Positions 63,971-64,000 of a stretch of DNA of 64,000 nucleotides are shown here, piece after piece. The stretch is from Clostridiales bacterium (GTDB lineage Bacteria; Bacillota; Clostridia; Oscillospirales; CAG-272). The first letter of the stretch is position 1, and each line of letters starts with the position of its first letter. Made by a program: the position numbers and the translations under genes. Location: assembly GCA_003522145.1 (NCBI GenBank), contig DPGD01000042.1, positions 4,945 through 68,944 of the forward strand, in the 5' to 3' direction. The notes under the pieces were generated by a model, which saw only the letters and a list, made by a program, of their open reading frames with translations, was not told the origin of the DNA and made no database searches.

Positions 63971-64000
63971 ATGGAAAGTTTCAAAAAATATGTGGCCGAA
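63971..64000 (+). CDS. 5-prime end of an unidentified gene running off the window
   Basis: ATG 63971 lies 6-7 nt after GGGAGGA. Only 10 codons (MESFKKYVAE) are visible. Confidence 0.3.
   Translation, partial: MESFKKYVAE

Overview
A 64-kb chromosomal window that, from gene content and Shine-Dalgarno usage, looks like a moderately GC-rich Firmicute of the Clostridia (an Oscillospiraceae/Ruminococcaceae-type gut anaerobe). The taxon is inferred and GC was not computed. About 50 protein genes are supported, most of them housekeeping: Fe-alcohol dehydrogenase, birA/bioY, coaE, argG-argH, trxA, murA, a type IIA topoisomerase B subunit, addB-addA, psd, thrS behind a T-box leader, ygiQ, cobB, prfA, a MATE pump, feoA-feoA-feoB plus the Cys-rich Feo partner, ttcA and a cell-wall amidase. 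There is one tRNA-Thr(GGU). Several near-consensus sigma-A promoters carry palindromic candidate operators (TetR, MarR, BirA, feo). I saw no CRISPR array, rRNA, intact transposase, integrase or prophage. The most unusual signal is non-coding: a dense family of 167-205 bp modular multi-hairpin intergenic repeats, here called family R. It has 6 full or near-full copies, 2 solo hairpin modules and 3 degenerate fragments, in both orientations. The terminal hairpins also make 14-bp terminal inverted repeats, and the stems covary between copies. Accessory or odd loci are: (i) a low-GC cassette at 44.6-46.8 kb (phage-type HTH gene, then promoter, leader ORF with an embedded terminator hairpin, a 92-aa protein and a tandem DUF4279-like protein); (ii) an XRE regulator overlapping a Cys-rich 115-aa ORF between addA and psd; (iii) an intact-looking MazF/EndoA toxin with no antitoxin gene and a C-terminal extension; (iv) a decaying region at 13.1-16.9 kb (IS1182-type transposase remnant, internally deleted ABC exporter, truncated sigma factor); (v) an orphan HprK-like P-loop protein. 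All calls come from reading the sequence and the ORF track. No database search was run.
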